This document shows positions 1-8,540 of a stretch of DNA of 44,554 nucleotides, one piece after another. A program made the position numbers and the translations under genes. The stretch is from Myxococcales bacterium. Lineage in GTDB: Bacteria; Myxococcota_A; Polyangia; Polyangiales; Houyiibacteriaceae. Within the stretch, counting starts at the first letter, position 1. The number at the start of each line of letters is the position of its first letter. The notes under the pieces were generated by a model that saw only the letters and a list, made by a program, of their open reading frames with translations, was not told the origin of the DNA and made no database searches. The stretch covers positions 2,848,184 to 2,892,737 of the forward strand of contig CP070713.1 in the NCBI GenBank assembly GCA_020351445.1. Reading direction: 5' to 3'.

Positions 1-3000
1 GCCTGGTGGCTGGGCGATGATGTCGACACCCGTTTCGAGGATGTCGTGCGGGTCGGTCAGCCGGAGCTCGGCCTTTCCTCCGCGGAAGAGCATGGGGTAG
101 ATGCGCTTAAAGCGCTCGTTGATCCCAGCGAACGCCTCGCGAAACATCGCCCTGCTCTCACGGTTCATCTGGCGGATGGCCTTGTCGAGCTTGGTGAGGG
201 CGTCCTCGAGGTCACGGCGCTGGCCGGTGAGGTACTCGTAGCGTTCCGCGTTCTCCTCGTACTCTTCGATCGCGGTGAGGTTGATTTCGCCCATGCGATC
301 GATCAGCCGCTGCAATTCCTCGGCGCGTGCCGCGACTTCGGCATCGGGCACGGGCCGTGCGTGGTGGTCGCCGATGACATACGTGAGCTCGACCCGATGC
401 TTGTCGAGGACCTGCTCTTCGAGGTGCTCGAGCGAAAGCGTGAGCTCCCGCTCGCGAAGGGTTAGCGCGTTGAGCTCGGTAGACTGCTCGTCGATGGTGG
501 AGCGCAGCTCCTTGAGCGAAGCCTCGGCGGCGCCGAGCTGCATCTGCGCCTCGTCGTAGCGCCCGCGCTGAGCGGAAAGCTCCTCGCGCGCCACCGCAGC
601 TTCGTGCGCCGTTTCGCTCAAGCGGCCGTGGTGCAACAGGATACGCCCCGCGGCTTGGCCCTGGTCGCGATCTGCGGTGGCTACATCCTCGCGCAGGCGG
701 TTCTCGCGCGCATTGAGCTCGGCGATCGAACGGTCGAGCTGCCCCAACAACGAACGTTCGCGGTCGGCACGCTCGCGGGATTGCGTGGCGCCAACCTTGA
801 CCTCGGTGGCCTTGGCGGCTTGCTCTTCGACGACACGGCGCCGCTCCGCGAGCACGCTCTCCGCCACCCGCGCAGCTTCCTGGGCGTCGGCTACGTGCCG
901 CTGCGCATCGGCGAGATCGCGCCGGGTGTTGTCTTCATCGACGTCGACTTGCGACCGGCCGGCCTGCCCCTCGGCCTCGGCATTGGCGATTTCCTGACGC
1001 CGCTCCTCGATGCGCAAGAGCTCCATCTCGACGAGGCGGAGGTCCCGCTCCGCGCCGAGGATTTCCAGCTCGGCGTCGTGCGCCTGAACCCGTGCCGAGT
1101 CGATCGCCGCCTGTCGCTCCGCGATAGTGGCGCGCAACTGGCCCTGATTGGCCGTCGCACGGTCGAGCTCCGCACCTTGAGCCGCGGCTGCCTCTTCGAG
1201 CTCGCGGATTTCACGCTTCAGCCGCAGCAGATGTGCGGCCGACTCGTCCTTGGCGCCGCCGACGACGGCGCCATCGGACCGGAGCGCCTGCCCGTCGAGC
1301 GTGACCAGCTTCCCCCTGAAGCCTTGGCGATGAAGTCGTGCGGCAGTTTGCAGCGTGTCGACCACCAATGCATCGAACAACAGGGAGCGCACCCACGCTT
1401 CGTCGGCGTGCGCATAGCTCACCAGAGTCAGGAGCGGCCCGACGATACCCATCCCCGCGGGGAACTGCGGCACGACTCGCGGCCCACCGCCCGGCGAGCG
1501 CGGCAGGAACGTCGCCCGGCCCTTCTCTTCGCGCGCGAGGTAGTCGGCAGCGCGCAACGCGGCATCGGTGTCGTCCATGAGCAAGTACTCGAGTGCGCCA
1601 CCGAGCGCTGCCCCCAACGCCCGCGTGTGCTCAGCGGCGCACTCGAGTCGATCGGCGACCAAGCCGACCAAGCCGGAACGAGCTTGGTCGCCCGCAGTGT
1701 TGGCGTACCCGGTCATGACCGCCTGTGCGCCGGCGCCCACCCCTTCGAAGCGTTCGTGTATCTCGTTGAGCGAGCTCAGCCGCGAGCGCGTCACCGCCAG
1801 CTTCTCACGAAGGGCGTCGACCTCGGTGTCTGCGCGGCGCAAGGCGTTCTTGCCGGAGGCAAGAGAAACTTCGATTTCGGTTTGTCGCTCGGCGGTCTCC
1901 ACCTTGCCGCCCCGTAACCCAACCATCCGCGCCTCGAGCTCACCACGCTGCTGCGTGAACTCGACCTCGCGCGTCCCAAGTGCCTGCAACTCTTCTTGCA
2001 ACCGACCGAGTCGCGCGCGAATCTCGTCACGTCGCGCGTCGTAACCTTTGAGCACGGCTTCGGCACCGGCGACGCGGGCGCGCCCTTCGGCCAGCCGCGC
2101 CCGCGCGTTTTCGAGAGCCGCCTCAGCCTCTTCTGCCGTGTTTTTGCGGGTTTTTAGCTCCGCCTCGACCTCGGCCAGGAGCTGCCCCGCTTCGGTTTCG
2201 AGCGCCTCGAGCTCGTTGAGTGAGAGGCGAACCGTCGAACCCTCTTGGTGAAGCGCATCGCGCTGCGCTTCGAGCTGACGAAGCTCGCGGGTTGCGAGCT
2301 CTTTGCGTTCAACCAACGCTGCTTGTCGATCCTGTTGTTGACGGATCAGGCCTTCGAGTTGGCGAACCAAGTTGTCGAGCTCGTACGCGCGGCTCTGCCC
2401 GCGTTCGACCTCCGAGCCCAATCGCTGAAGTGAAACGCGCTCTGCTTCGACCGACGCTTCTTTCGCAATCAATGCATGGCGACTCGCCTGCACGTCTTCA
2501 TTGGCCTTGGACAACGAGGCGGAGACAGCGCCGATCTGTCCGCGCAACTCCAGAAAACGGTGCGATGCGACCCACAGGTCGAGATCGCGCATCTCTTTCT
2601 TGTAACGCTTGTAGCGCTCGGCCTTTTGCGCCTGCCGCTTGAGCGATGCGAGGCTGCGCTCGAGCTCCCCGATGATGTCGGTCACGCGCAAGAGGTTTTG
2701 GCGGGTCTGGTCCATCTTGCGTTCAGCCGCGCGCTTGCTCAGCCTGAACTTGCTGATGCCAGCGGCCTCTTCGATCATCGTTCGGCGATCCTCCGCCTTG
2801 GAGGTGACGATGAAGCCGATGCGTCCCTGTTCGATGATCGAGTAGGCGCGCTTACCGACGCCGGTCCCTAGGAACAGGTTGGTGACGTCGAGCAGTCGAA
2901 CCGGTGTTCGATTGATGAGGTAATCACTGTGCCCCTGCCGATCGAGACGCCGGGTCACCTGGATCTCCGCGTACTCGGCGTATTCAGGCGGGGCGAGGCC

Positions 3001-3264
3001 GTCGGTGTTGTCAAAGACCAGCGTGACCTCGGCAAAGCCGTGAGGCCCACGCCCCTCCGCCCCGCTGAAGATCACGTCCTCCATGTGCTTGCCACGAAGG
3101 CGGGACGGGGATTGCTCGCCCATGCACCACTTGATGGCGTCGACGATGTTGGATTTGCCGCACCCGTTCGGCCCGACCACGCAGGTGATGTCGTGGTCGA
3201 TGTGAACCGTCGTCTGGTCGACGAACGATTTGAAGCCAGCGATGTGGAGCTTCTTAATCTTCAC
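1..3264 (-). CDS. smc: Chromosome partition protein Smc (C-terminal end cut by window edge)
   Basis: The gene is absent from the ORF track because it runs off the window edge. Reverse-complement translation from GTG at 3262-3264 gives VKIKKLHIAGFKSFVDQTTVHIDHDITCVVGPNGCGKSNIVDAIKWCMGEQS (SMC head with Walker A). Long Ala/Glu/Arg/Leu coiled coil follows, with a hinge-type block ALGGALEYLLMDDTDAA around 1560-1610. The frame is still open at base 1 (..GVDIIAQPPG), and 3264 nt is exactly 1088 codons. The + strand ORFs 604..1917 and 2929..4221 are antisense shadows of this gene. Confidence 0.9.
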   Translation of the reverse strand, partial: MKIKKLHIAGFKSFVDQTTVHIDHDITCVVGPNGCGKSNIVDAIKWCMGEQSPSRLRGKHMEDVIFSGAEGRGPHGFAEVTLVFDNTDGLAPPEYAEYAEIQVTRRLDRQGHSDYLINRTPVRLLDVTNLFLGTGVGKRAYSIIEQGRIGFIVTSKAEDRRTMIEEAAGISKFRLSKRAAERKMDQTRQNLLRVTDIIGELERSLASLKRQAQKAERYKRYKKEMRDLDLWVASHRFLELRGQIGAVSASLSKANEDVQASRHALIAKEASVEAERVSLQRLGSEVERGQSRAYELDNLVRQLEGLIRQQQDRQAALVERKELATRELRQLEAQRDALHQEGSTVRLSLNELEALETEAGQLLAEVEAELKTRKNTAEEAEAALENARARLAEGRARVAGAEAVLKGYDARRDEIRARLGRLQEELQALGTREVEFTQQRGELEARMVGLRGGKVETAERQTEIEVSLASGKNALRRADTEVDALREKLAVTRSRLSSLNEIHERFEGVGAGAQAVMTGYANTAGDQARSGLVGLVADRLECAAEHTRALGAALGGALEYLLMDDTDAALRAADYLAREEKGRATFLPRSPGGGPRVVPQFPAGMGIVGPLLTLVSYAHADEAWVRSLLFDALVVDTLQTAARLHRQGFRGKLVTLDGQALRSDGAVVGGAKDESAAHLLRLKREIRELEEAAAAQGAELDRATANQGQLRATIAERQAAIDSARVQAHDAELEILGAERDLRLVEMELLRIEERRQEIANAEAEGQAGRSQVDVDEDNTRRDLADAQRHVADAQEAARVAESVLAERRRVVEEQAAKATEVKVGATQSRERADRERSLLGQLDRSIAELNARENRLREDVATADRDQGQAAGRILLHHGRLSETAHEAAVAREELSAQRGRYDEAQMQLGAAEASLKELRSTIDEQSTELNALTLRERELTLSLEHLEEQVLDKHRVELTYVIGDHHARPVPDAEVAARAEELQRLIDRMGEINLTAIEEYEENAERYEYLTGQRRDLEDALTKLDKAIRQMNRESRAMFREAFAGINERFKRIYPMLFRGGKAELRLTDPHDILETGVDIIAQPPG

Positions 3265-3420
3265 GCTGCCCCCCAAAGGAGTATCTGGACGTGGCTATCA
3301 CTGAACATACGATATTGCAACGATTTGCGCGACCTGAAGCGAGGGTCAGTGCGTGACCCCCACTACATGTTGTGGTTTGGTCATACATGCCCGCCTAGGC
3401 CTGAGCCAGAGCTGGGATTC

Positions 3421-4146
3421 CTACTCGCTTTCGATCGACTGGACCGTCACGGCAACCGGAGGCGCTGGGACCACCTTGGCCTCCGGCCTCGGAGGGCGAC
3501 GCCGGTCCCGGAGGAACTCCAGGAAGGTCCGAGCCATCTCCATGTCGCGAGAGGAAAGCCCATCGACCAGCTCGTGAAGCCTCTTGCGGTGGAGGTCGCT
3601 CGCCACCGGCCGACTGGCTTGCTTCTCAGCCTTGTCGGCCGCCTCTTCGACTTCGCCAGGCTGGACCTCTTCGGCCGTCGGAACGTGCCATGTGGGTCGC
3701 TCTACCGAACGGATCCCATGTGCAGTCAGCCACGACTCCATGCAGGAGCGCAACCGTTCCGACCGGAAAGCAAACCAGCGCTCCCGATCGACCGGATGAC
3801 TCATCAGCGCATCTTTGAAGCGCCGAAATGCTCCCTTTCCGTCGATCGCGATATTGAGCCGACGCCGCAGCTCCGCTTCCTCGACCGTCGCGATGAAACG
3901 CTCCATCCATCGGTACTGCTCCCGCGAGGAAACCGGATCGATTCGGAGATACCGGCTGTCGTTCATGATGCGCGTATGCATCGCAGGGTCCGCGACCCCA
4001 TCGACGATGCGAATCACCTCACCAGTATCGAAGTGCAGGTAGCTGTGCACCTCCGGTGCGTTGTTTTCAAATGCGTCTTCGAGTGCCTCCCAAGCTACGG
4101 GTACATCTACTATTTCTTTGTCTTGCCCGACATCATTCTCGCTCAT
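3421..4146 (-). CDS. UPF0158-family protein (function unknown)
   Basis: This is a 241-aa ORF. The block LNIAIDGKGAFRRFKDALMSHPVDRERWFAF matches the signature I associate with UPF0158. The ATG overlaps the glpK stop (ATGA at 4143-4146). The C-terminal tail is Pro/Arg-rich. Confidence 0.7.
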   Translation of the reverse strand: MSENDVGQDKEIVDVPVAWEALEDAFENNAPEVHSYLHFDTGEVIRIVDGVADPAMHTRIMNDSRYLRIDPVSSREQYRWMERFIATVEEAELRRRLNIAIDGKGAFRRFKDALMSHPVDRERWFAFRSERLRSCMESWLTAHGIRSVERPTWHVPTAEEVQPGEVEEAADKAEKQASRPVASDLHRKRLHELVDGLSSRDMEMARTFLEFLRDRRRPPRPEAKVVPAPPVAVTVQSIESE

Positions 4147-5642
4147 TTTATTCCCGTTTCACTTCGCGCCCGCCGTACCGCGTCGCGCCATCGCCCCAAG
4201 TGTCCGTCTCTTTGTGATTGAGTCGCCTGAGGCTCAAAGCTACGTTCGATACGGTAAGCATCCACAATAGATCGAAGGCCGTCGAATACACCCACGGCCA
4301 TGCCAGCTAAGTAAGCAGCTCCCAAAGCAGTCGTTTCGACATTCTCGGGACGGTCAATCGTCACCCCGAGCATGTCCGCTTCAAATTGCATCAGTAAGTC
4401 ATTGCGGGACGCACCACCGTCGACCCTCAAACGCTTTATAGGACGATCCGCGTCCGCCTGCATGGCGTCGACCAGGTCGACGATTTGAAACGCCATTCCC
4501 TCGAGGGTTGCGCGCGCCAAATGTGCGGCGGTCGTATCCCTCGTCAGGCCATAAATGAGGCCCCTCGCGCGGGGGTCCCAGTGCGGCGCCCCCAACCCTG
4601 CCAAGGCCGGGACGAAGACGACGTCCCCCGTGGTCTCGACCTCCCTGGCTTTGGCCTCGATCTCGTCAGAGGAGGCGATCAGCCCCAGTCCGTCGCGTAA
4701 CCATTGGACCGCAGCGCCGGCGATGAACGCGCTGCCTTCGAGCGCGTAGACCGTCTCGTCCCCTAGGCGCCAGGCGATCGTGGTGAGGAGCCCGTTTTTG
4801 GAGTGCACCAACTCGCTTCCGGTGTTCATCAGAAGGAACGCGCCCGTCCCGTAGGTGCACTTGGCGTCACCGACTTCGAAGCAGGTCTGACCAAACAGCG
4901 CAGCTTGCTGATCGCCGGCCATCCCGGCAATTGGGATCCCATCCGGCACGCCTGGGACGCCAGAGGTGTGCCCGTATACCTCGGAAGAGCTTCGAACCTC
5001 GGGCAAAAGGGCCATCGGCACGCGAAGCTCGGCTGCAAGCTCCTCGTCCCATCGTTCTTTGCCGATATCGTAGAACAACGTGCGCGAAGCGTTACTGGCG
5101 TCGGTCACGTGCGCCCGCCCGCCGGAAAGCCGATAGACCAACCACGAGTCGATGGTGCCGAAAGCCAGCTCGCCCTTTTCAGCGCGCGCCCGCGCCCCGT
5201 CGACGTGGTCGAGGAGCCATTCGAGCTTGGTTCCGGCCAAATACGGGTCGAGGACGAGCCCAGTCCGCTGGCGGAACATCTCTTCCTTGCCGGCGTCTTT
5301 GAGCTCCCGGCACCGATCGGCGGTGCGGCGGTCCTGCCAGACGATGGCCTTGTGAACCGCCTGGCCGGTGTTCCGGTCCCACAGGACCGTGGTTTCCCGC
5401 TGATTGGTGATTCCAATGCCCAGACAATCGGAAGCGCCCACCCCTGCCCGCTCGACCGCCTCGGTCACCGCGTCGCCTACGCTCTTCCAGATCTCCTCGA
5501 GGTCGTGCTCGACCCAGCCAGGCCTGGGAAAGTGCTGGGGAAATTCGTGATTGGCGCGGGCCAGGACCTCCCCGTCAGGGGACACGAGCATCGCGGTGGA
5601 ACCGGTGGTTCCCTGATCGATCGAAAGAAGAAAGCCCGACAT
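4143..5642 (-). CDS. glpK: Glycerol kinase
   Basis: FGGY-family motifs are present: LLSIDQGTTGSTAMLV, FPRPGWVEHDLEEIW, GITNQRETTVLWDRNTGQ, IVWQDRRTA, GMAGDQQAALFGQ and VDGGASRNDLLMQFEADMLG. I place the start at the internal ATG 5640-5642 (MSGFLLSIDQGTT) rather than the track start at 5675. Confidence 0.95.
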   Translation of the reverse strand: MSGFLLSIDQGTTGSTAMLVSPDGEVLARANHEFPQHFPRPGWVEHDLEEIWKSVGDAVTEAVERAGVGASDCLGIGITNQRETTVLWDRNTGQAVHKAIVWQDRRTADRCRELKDAGKEEMFRQRTGLVLDPYLAGTKLEWLLDHVDGARARAEKGELAFGTIDSWLVYRLSGGRAHVTDASNASRTLFYDIGKERWDEELAAELRVPMALLPEVRSSSEVYGHTSGVPGVPDGIPIAGMAGDQQAALFGQTCFEVGDAKCTYGTGAFLLMNTGSELVHSKNGLLTTIAWRLGDETVYALEGSAFIAGAAVQWLRDGLGLIASSDEIEAKAREVETTGDVVFVPALAGLGAPHWDPRARGLIYGLTRDTTAAHLARATLEGMAFQIVDLVDAMQADADRPIKRLRVDGGASRNDLLMQFEADMLGVTIDRPENVETTALGAAYLAGMAVGVFDGLRSIVDAYRIERSFEPQATQSQRDGHLGRWRDAVRRARSETGIK

Positions 5643-5685
5643 CCGAACGGGTACGGTACGAAGCCTCGGGGGCAAAGTAAAGCGG

Positions 5686-6783
5686 CTACTCGGCGTCGCT
5701 CATCCAGGCCTGAAACCGATGCCAAGGGTCGCCCAGCCGTGTCTGCAGCTCTGTGCGGACCGCATCGAGCTCGCCAACCTCGGCGCCCAGTTTCCGAGCA
5801 CGTTCGGTGCACACCATCGCCGCCAAGTTTTGATCGCGGGCCGTCAACGATTGCGCCAGTAGCGTTAGCGCGTCTCGCTCCTCGACACCAAGCCGAATCG
5901 CACGCCGCAACAAGCCGATCGCCTCGCCGTGGTTTTCGCCCGCAACCGAAGCGCGGGCCAACGTGAGAAACAGGTTCCCAGCCTTTCCGGATTCGCCGGC
6001 CCACTGGACCCCCAGCCGCAACACTTCGTTCGCCGCCTCGAGCTCGCCCATGTTTGCGTAGGCCGTGCCGAGCAGCTCCAGGCTGACCGACAACCGCCCG
6101 TGAACGTCCTCGTTGAGGCTCTCCGCCTCCCCGGTTCGCAGAAGCATGGAAATCGGGGTCAACCACGGGCTAAGCATCACGATCGTGGCACCCCAATTGC
6201 CGAGGGCGTTGGCTTGCTCGGCCTGGTCTACAATCGTGAGATCGATCGCGACGTCGTCCCGGCGGTCGAGGCCAAGCTCGGAGCGCACGCGCTCGTCGAT
6301 CACGTCTCGGAAGTCCTCGAGAGCCAAGACGTGTCGAAGCTCGTTGAACTCGAGCATGACCTCGGAAAGGCCAAGCTCGTATCGAAGCTCGAGCGGCTGA
6401 ACGTAGAAAAGCGATGCCTCGAGCATATAGCGCCCGCCGATGTGTGCTTGCAGTGTCTCCACGTCGGGGTCGTCGGGAAGGCTGCAGTTGTGGAGCGGCG
6501 CCAACAGGTACTGTCCGATCATCTCGCGAAATTCGGGCAGCGGCACTTGGCGAACCGTCGAGTCCCGGCCGATCGAGAACTCGACCGTCGTGAGATCTTG
6601 CGAGTGCGGGTTGGCGGTGAGGCTCACAATGCGTGCGCCCGCAATGAGGGCGAGCCCGAGCGTGTTGCGGCCGATGAGCTCACAGGCCTTCTCGAAGTCC
6701 TTGGACTGCTTGAGCACCTCCTCGAACCAGTCGTCGGGACGGGCTGCGGACAAGTCGTAGACACGCGCAGAGCCGCTGGCCAT
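5686..6783 (-). CDS. Hypothetical protein with a C-terminal TPR-like helical region
   Basis: This is a 365-aa ORF with normal codon bias. It sits 1 nt downstream of the epimerase stop and 43 nt upstream of glpK. I recognised no N-terminal family. The C-terminal ~130 aa are helical-repeat-like (LGTAYANMGELEAANEVLRLGV...GEAIGLLRRAIRLG). Confidence 0.6.
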   Translation of the reverse strand: MASGSARVYDLSAARPDDWFEEVLKQSKDFEKACELIGRNTLGLALIAGARIVSLTANPHSQDLTTVEFSIGRDSTVRQVPLPEFREMIGQYLLAPLHNCSLPDDPDVETLQAHIGGRYMLEASLFYVQPLELRYELGLSEVMLEFNELRHVLALEDFRDVIDERVRSELGLDRRDDVAIDLTIVDQAEQANALGNWGATIVMLSPWLTPISMLLRTGEAESLNEDVHGRLSVSLELLGTAYANMGELEAANEVLRLGVQWAGESGKAGNLFLTLARASVAGENHGEAIGLLRRAIRLGVEERDALTLLAQSLTARDQNLAAMVCTERARKLGAEVGELDAVRTELQTRLGDPWHRFQAWMSDAE

Positions 6784-6784
6784 T

Positions 6785-7750
6785 TCACGTCTCGCCGTTG
6801 AGCTTGCGCCGGTACCACTCGATCGTATCGAGGAGACCCTGTTCGAGCTCGACGTGCGCGCGAAAGCCCAGGAGTTGCTCGGCCTTTTTCACGTCCGGAA
6901 TTCGAAGCTCGACGTCAGGGAAGTCCCAATCGGCGAACTCGATCGGCGATCGGCTCTCGGTGAGGCGGACGATCAGCTGCGCAAGCTGGTAGATCGTGAT
7001 CGTGCTCCTCGGGTTGCCGATGTTGAAGCTCTCGCCGATTGCCTCGTCGCGGTCCATGGCGAGCAGGATCGCATCGACGATATCGTCGATGTAGCACCAC
7101 GAGCGAATCTGGTCCCCTTCGTTGTGGATGATGATTGTGTCGTCCTGAAGCGCCCGCACCACGAACGCGTGCACCGCGCCCTCCCCGACCTGCCCCGGGC
7201 CATAGATGTTGAAGGGGCGGATCGAGACAGTCGGGAGGTTGAACTGCTTCCAGTAGTTGTGGGCAAGGTGCTCCGTGGCAAGCTTGCTGACCGCGTACGT
7301 CCAGCGCGCTTCGCCAACCGCGCCCAAGCTGGTGACATCGGCTTCCCGAACCCGGAACGCATACGAGCCGAACACCTCGCTCGTGGAGAAGTCGATCACT
7401 CGCTTGATCCCGGTACAGTCGTTGGCAGCGCGAAGAACGTTCATCGTGCCTTCGAGCGAGATCTCCATAGTCATGACCGGGTTCTTCAATACGGTGTCGA
7501 CGCCCGCGATCGACGCCATGTGGATCACGTAGTCACAACCGGTGACCGCCCGGCGCACGGCCGTCATGTCCCGGACGTCGCCTACGACGAGCTCCACGTT
7601 TGGATGGTGATCGAGACCGGCCTTCGAGAGTGCGTTCCGGCGCAGGATGTCGAGGACTCGGACGTGGTTGTCCGCGGCGAGCCGAGCGACCAGCGCTGTC
7701 CCAATAAACCCTGCGCCCCCGGTAATCAGGACGTGTGCCCCCCTCAACAT
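6785..7750 (-). CDS. NAD-dependent epimerase/dehydratase (extended SDR)
   Basis: The Rossmann motif VLITGGAGFIGTALV lies at the N-terminus and the catalytic YAVSKLATEH (YxxxK) is present. I place the start at ATG 7748-7750 (MLRGAHVLITGG) rather than the track start at 7822. Confidence 0.85.
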   Translation of the reverse strand: MLRGAHVLITGGAGFIGTALVARLAADNHVRVLDILRRNALSKAGLDHHPNVELVVGDVRDMTAVRRAVTGCDYVIHMASIAGVDTVLKNPVMTMEISLEGTMNVLRAANDCTGIKRVIDFSTSEVFGSYAFRVREADVTSLGAVGEARWTYAVSKLATEHLAHNYWKQFNLPTVSIRPFNIYGPGQVGEGAVHAFVVRALQDDTIIIHNEGDQIRSWCYIDDIVDAILLAMDRDEAIGESFNIGNPRSTITIYQLAQLIVRLTESRSPIEFADWDFPDVELRIPDVKKAEQLLGFRAHVELEQGLLDTIEWYRRKLNGET

Positions 7751-7847
7751 GATCTCCCAGCTAGCATATCCGGAACTCAGAAGTCGAGAAAGCTCAGTCC
7801 CTTTACAGGGAGCTCGCCGCATGGGATCTTGACTCTACGAGGGGAAC

Positions 7848-8528
7848 ATGGGGATCTTCAGTCGGCTCAACAGGGTGATCAAGTCCAACCTGAACGCGCT
7901 CATCGACCAGGCGGAGGACCCGGACAAAATGATTGGCCAAACGGTGGCCGACATGAAATCGGCGCTCAAGCGCGCCCGCAAAGACTTGATCGAATCACTG
8001 GGAAGCGCGAAGCGCCTGGAGAAGAAGGAAAAGGATCTCCAGCAAGAGGCCGCCGACTGGGAGCAAAAAGCGATCCTCGCCCTCGAACGCGAGGATGAAG
8101 ATCTCGCGAGAGAGGCGCTGCGCCGCAAATCCCGGACGTTGAGAGAAGCACAAAACATTCGGGCGCGAGCGGCTGAGCAAGCGACCGCCGTCGATGCGAT
8201 GAAAGCCCAGCTCGAACGCGTGGAGGACAAGCTCGACGACCTCAAGGCAAGGCAAAAAACCCTGGCCGCTCAGATTCGGCGAGCGCGGGATCAGCAACCC
8301 GACCCCGCCCAACCGACCGGCGATCGACTCGGGGGAGGCGCCTTCTCGGACCTCGAACGCATGGCTGATCAGATCGATCAACTCGATGCCGAGGTGGAGG
8401 CTCATCACCTGCTGGAAGACCCCAAGCGCACCGAGCTCGATGCCCGGTTTCGCGCCCTCGAGTCCGAAGAAGGTGAAGACGACGTCAACGACGAGCTCGC
8501 AGCTCTCAAAGCAAAGCTCGGCGGCTAG
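7848..8528 (+). CDS. pspA: PspA/IM30-family membrane-stress protein
   Basis: The N-terminus MGIFSRLNRVIKSNLNALIDQAEDPDKMIGQTVADMKSALKRARKDL is typical of PspA/IM30, followed by a 226-aa coiled coil. An SD-like GAGGGG lies 5 nt upstream of the ATG. Confidence 0.9.
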   Translation: MGIFSRLNRVIKSNLNALIDQAEDPDKMIGQTVADMKSALKRARKDLIESLGSAKRLEKKEKDLQQEAADWEQKAILALEREDEDLAREALRRKSRTLREAQNIRARAAEQATAVDAMKAQLERVEDKLDDLKARQKTLAAQIRRARDQQPDPAQPTGDRLGGGAFSDLERMADQIDQLDAEVEAHHLLEDPKRTELDARFRALESEEGEDDVNDELAALKAKLGG

Positions 8529-8540
8529 CTACGCATCGCG

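Noticed and set aside
3343-3359. Hairpin GGGTCA-GTGCG-TGACCC between UPF0158 and smc as an intrinsic terminator
   Set aside because: The stem is only 6 bp and no U-tract follows on the transcribed (minus) strand.
604-4221. Long + strand ORFs 604..1917 (437 aa) and 2929..4221 (430 aa)
   Set aside because: They lie antisense to the clearly recognisable smc and UPF0158 genes. Their Arg/Leu/Gly/Pro-rich compositions are typical of shadow frames in high-GC DNA, and they carry no recognisable motifs.
7820-7860. Duplicate of the pspA start context (CATGGGATCTT at 7820-7830 versus CATGGGGATCTT at 7847-7858), which creates a 3-codon uORF (ATG GGA TCT TGA), and a TTGACT hexamer at 7829-7834
   Set aside because: The repeat is only 11-12 nt and the upstream copy has no SD. 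TTGACT is just 13 nt from the pspA ATG, so it cannot act as its -35 element. Chance similarity is plausible.
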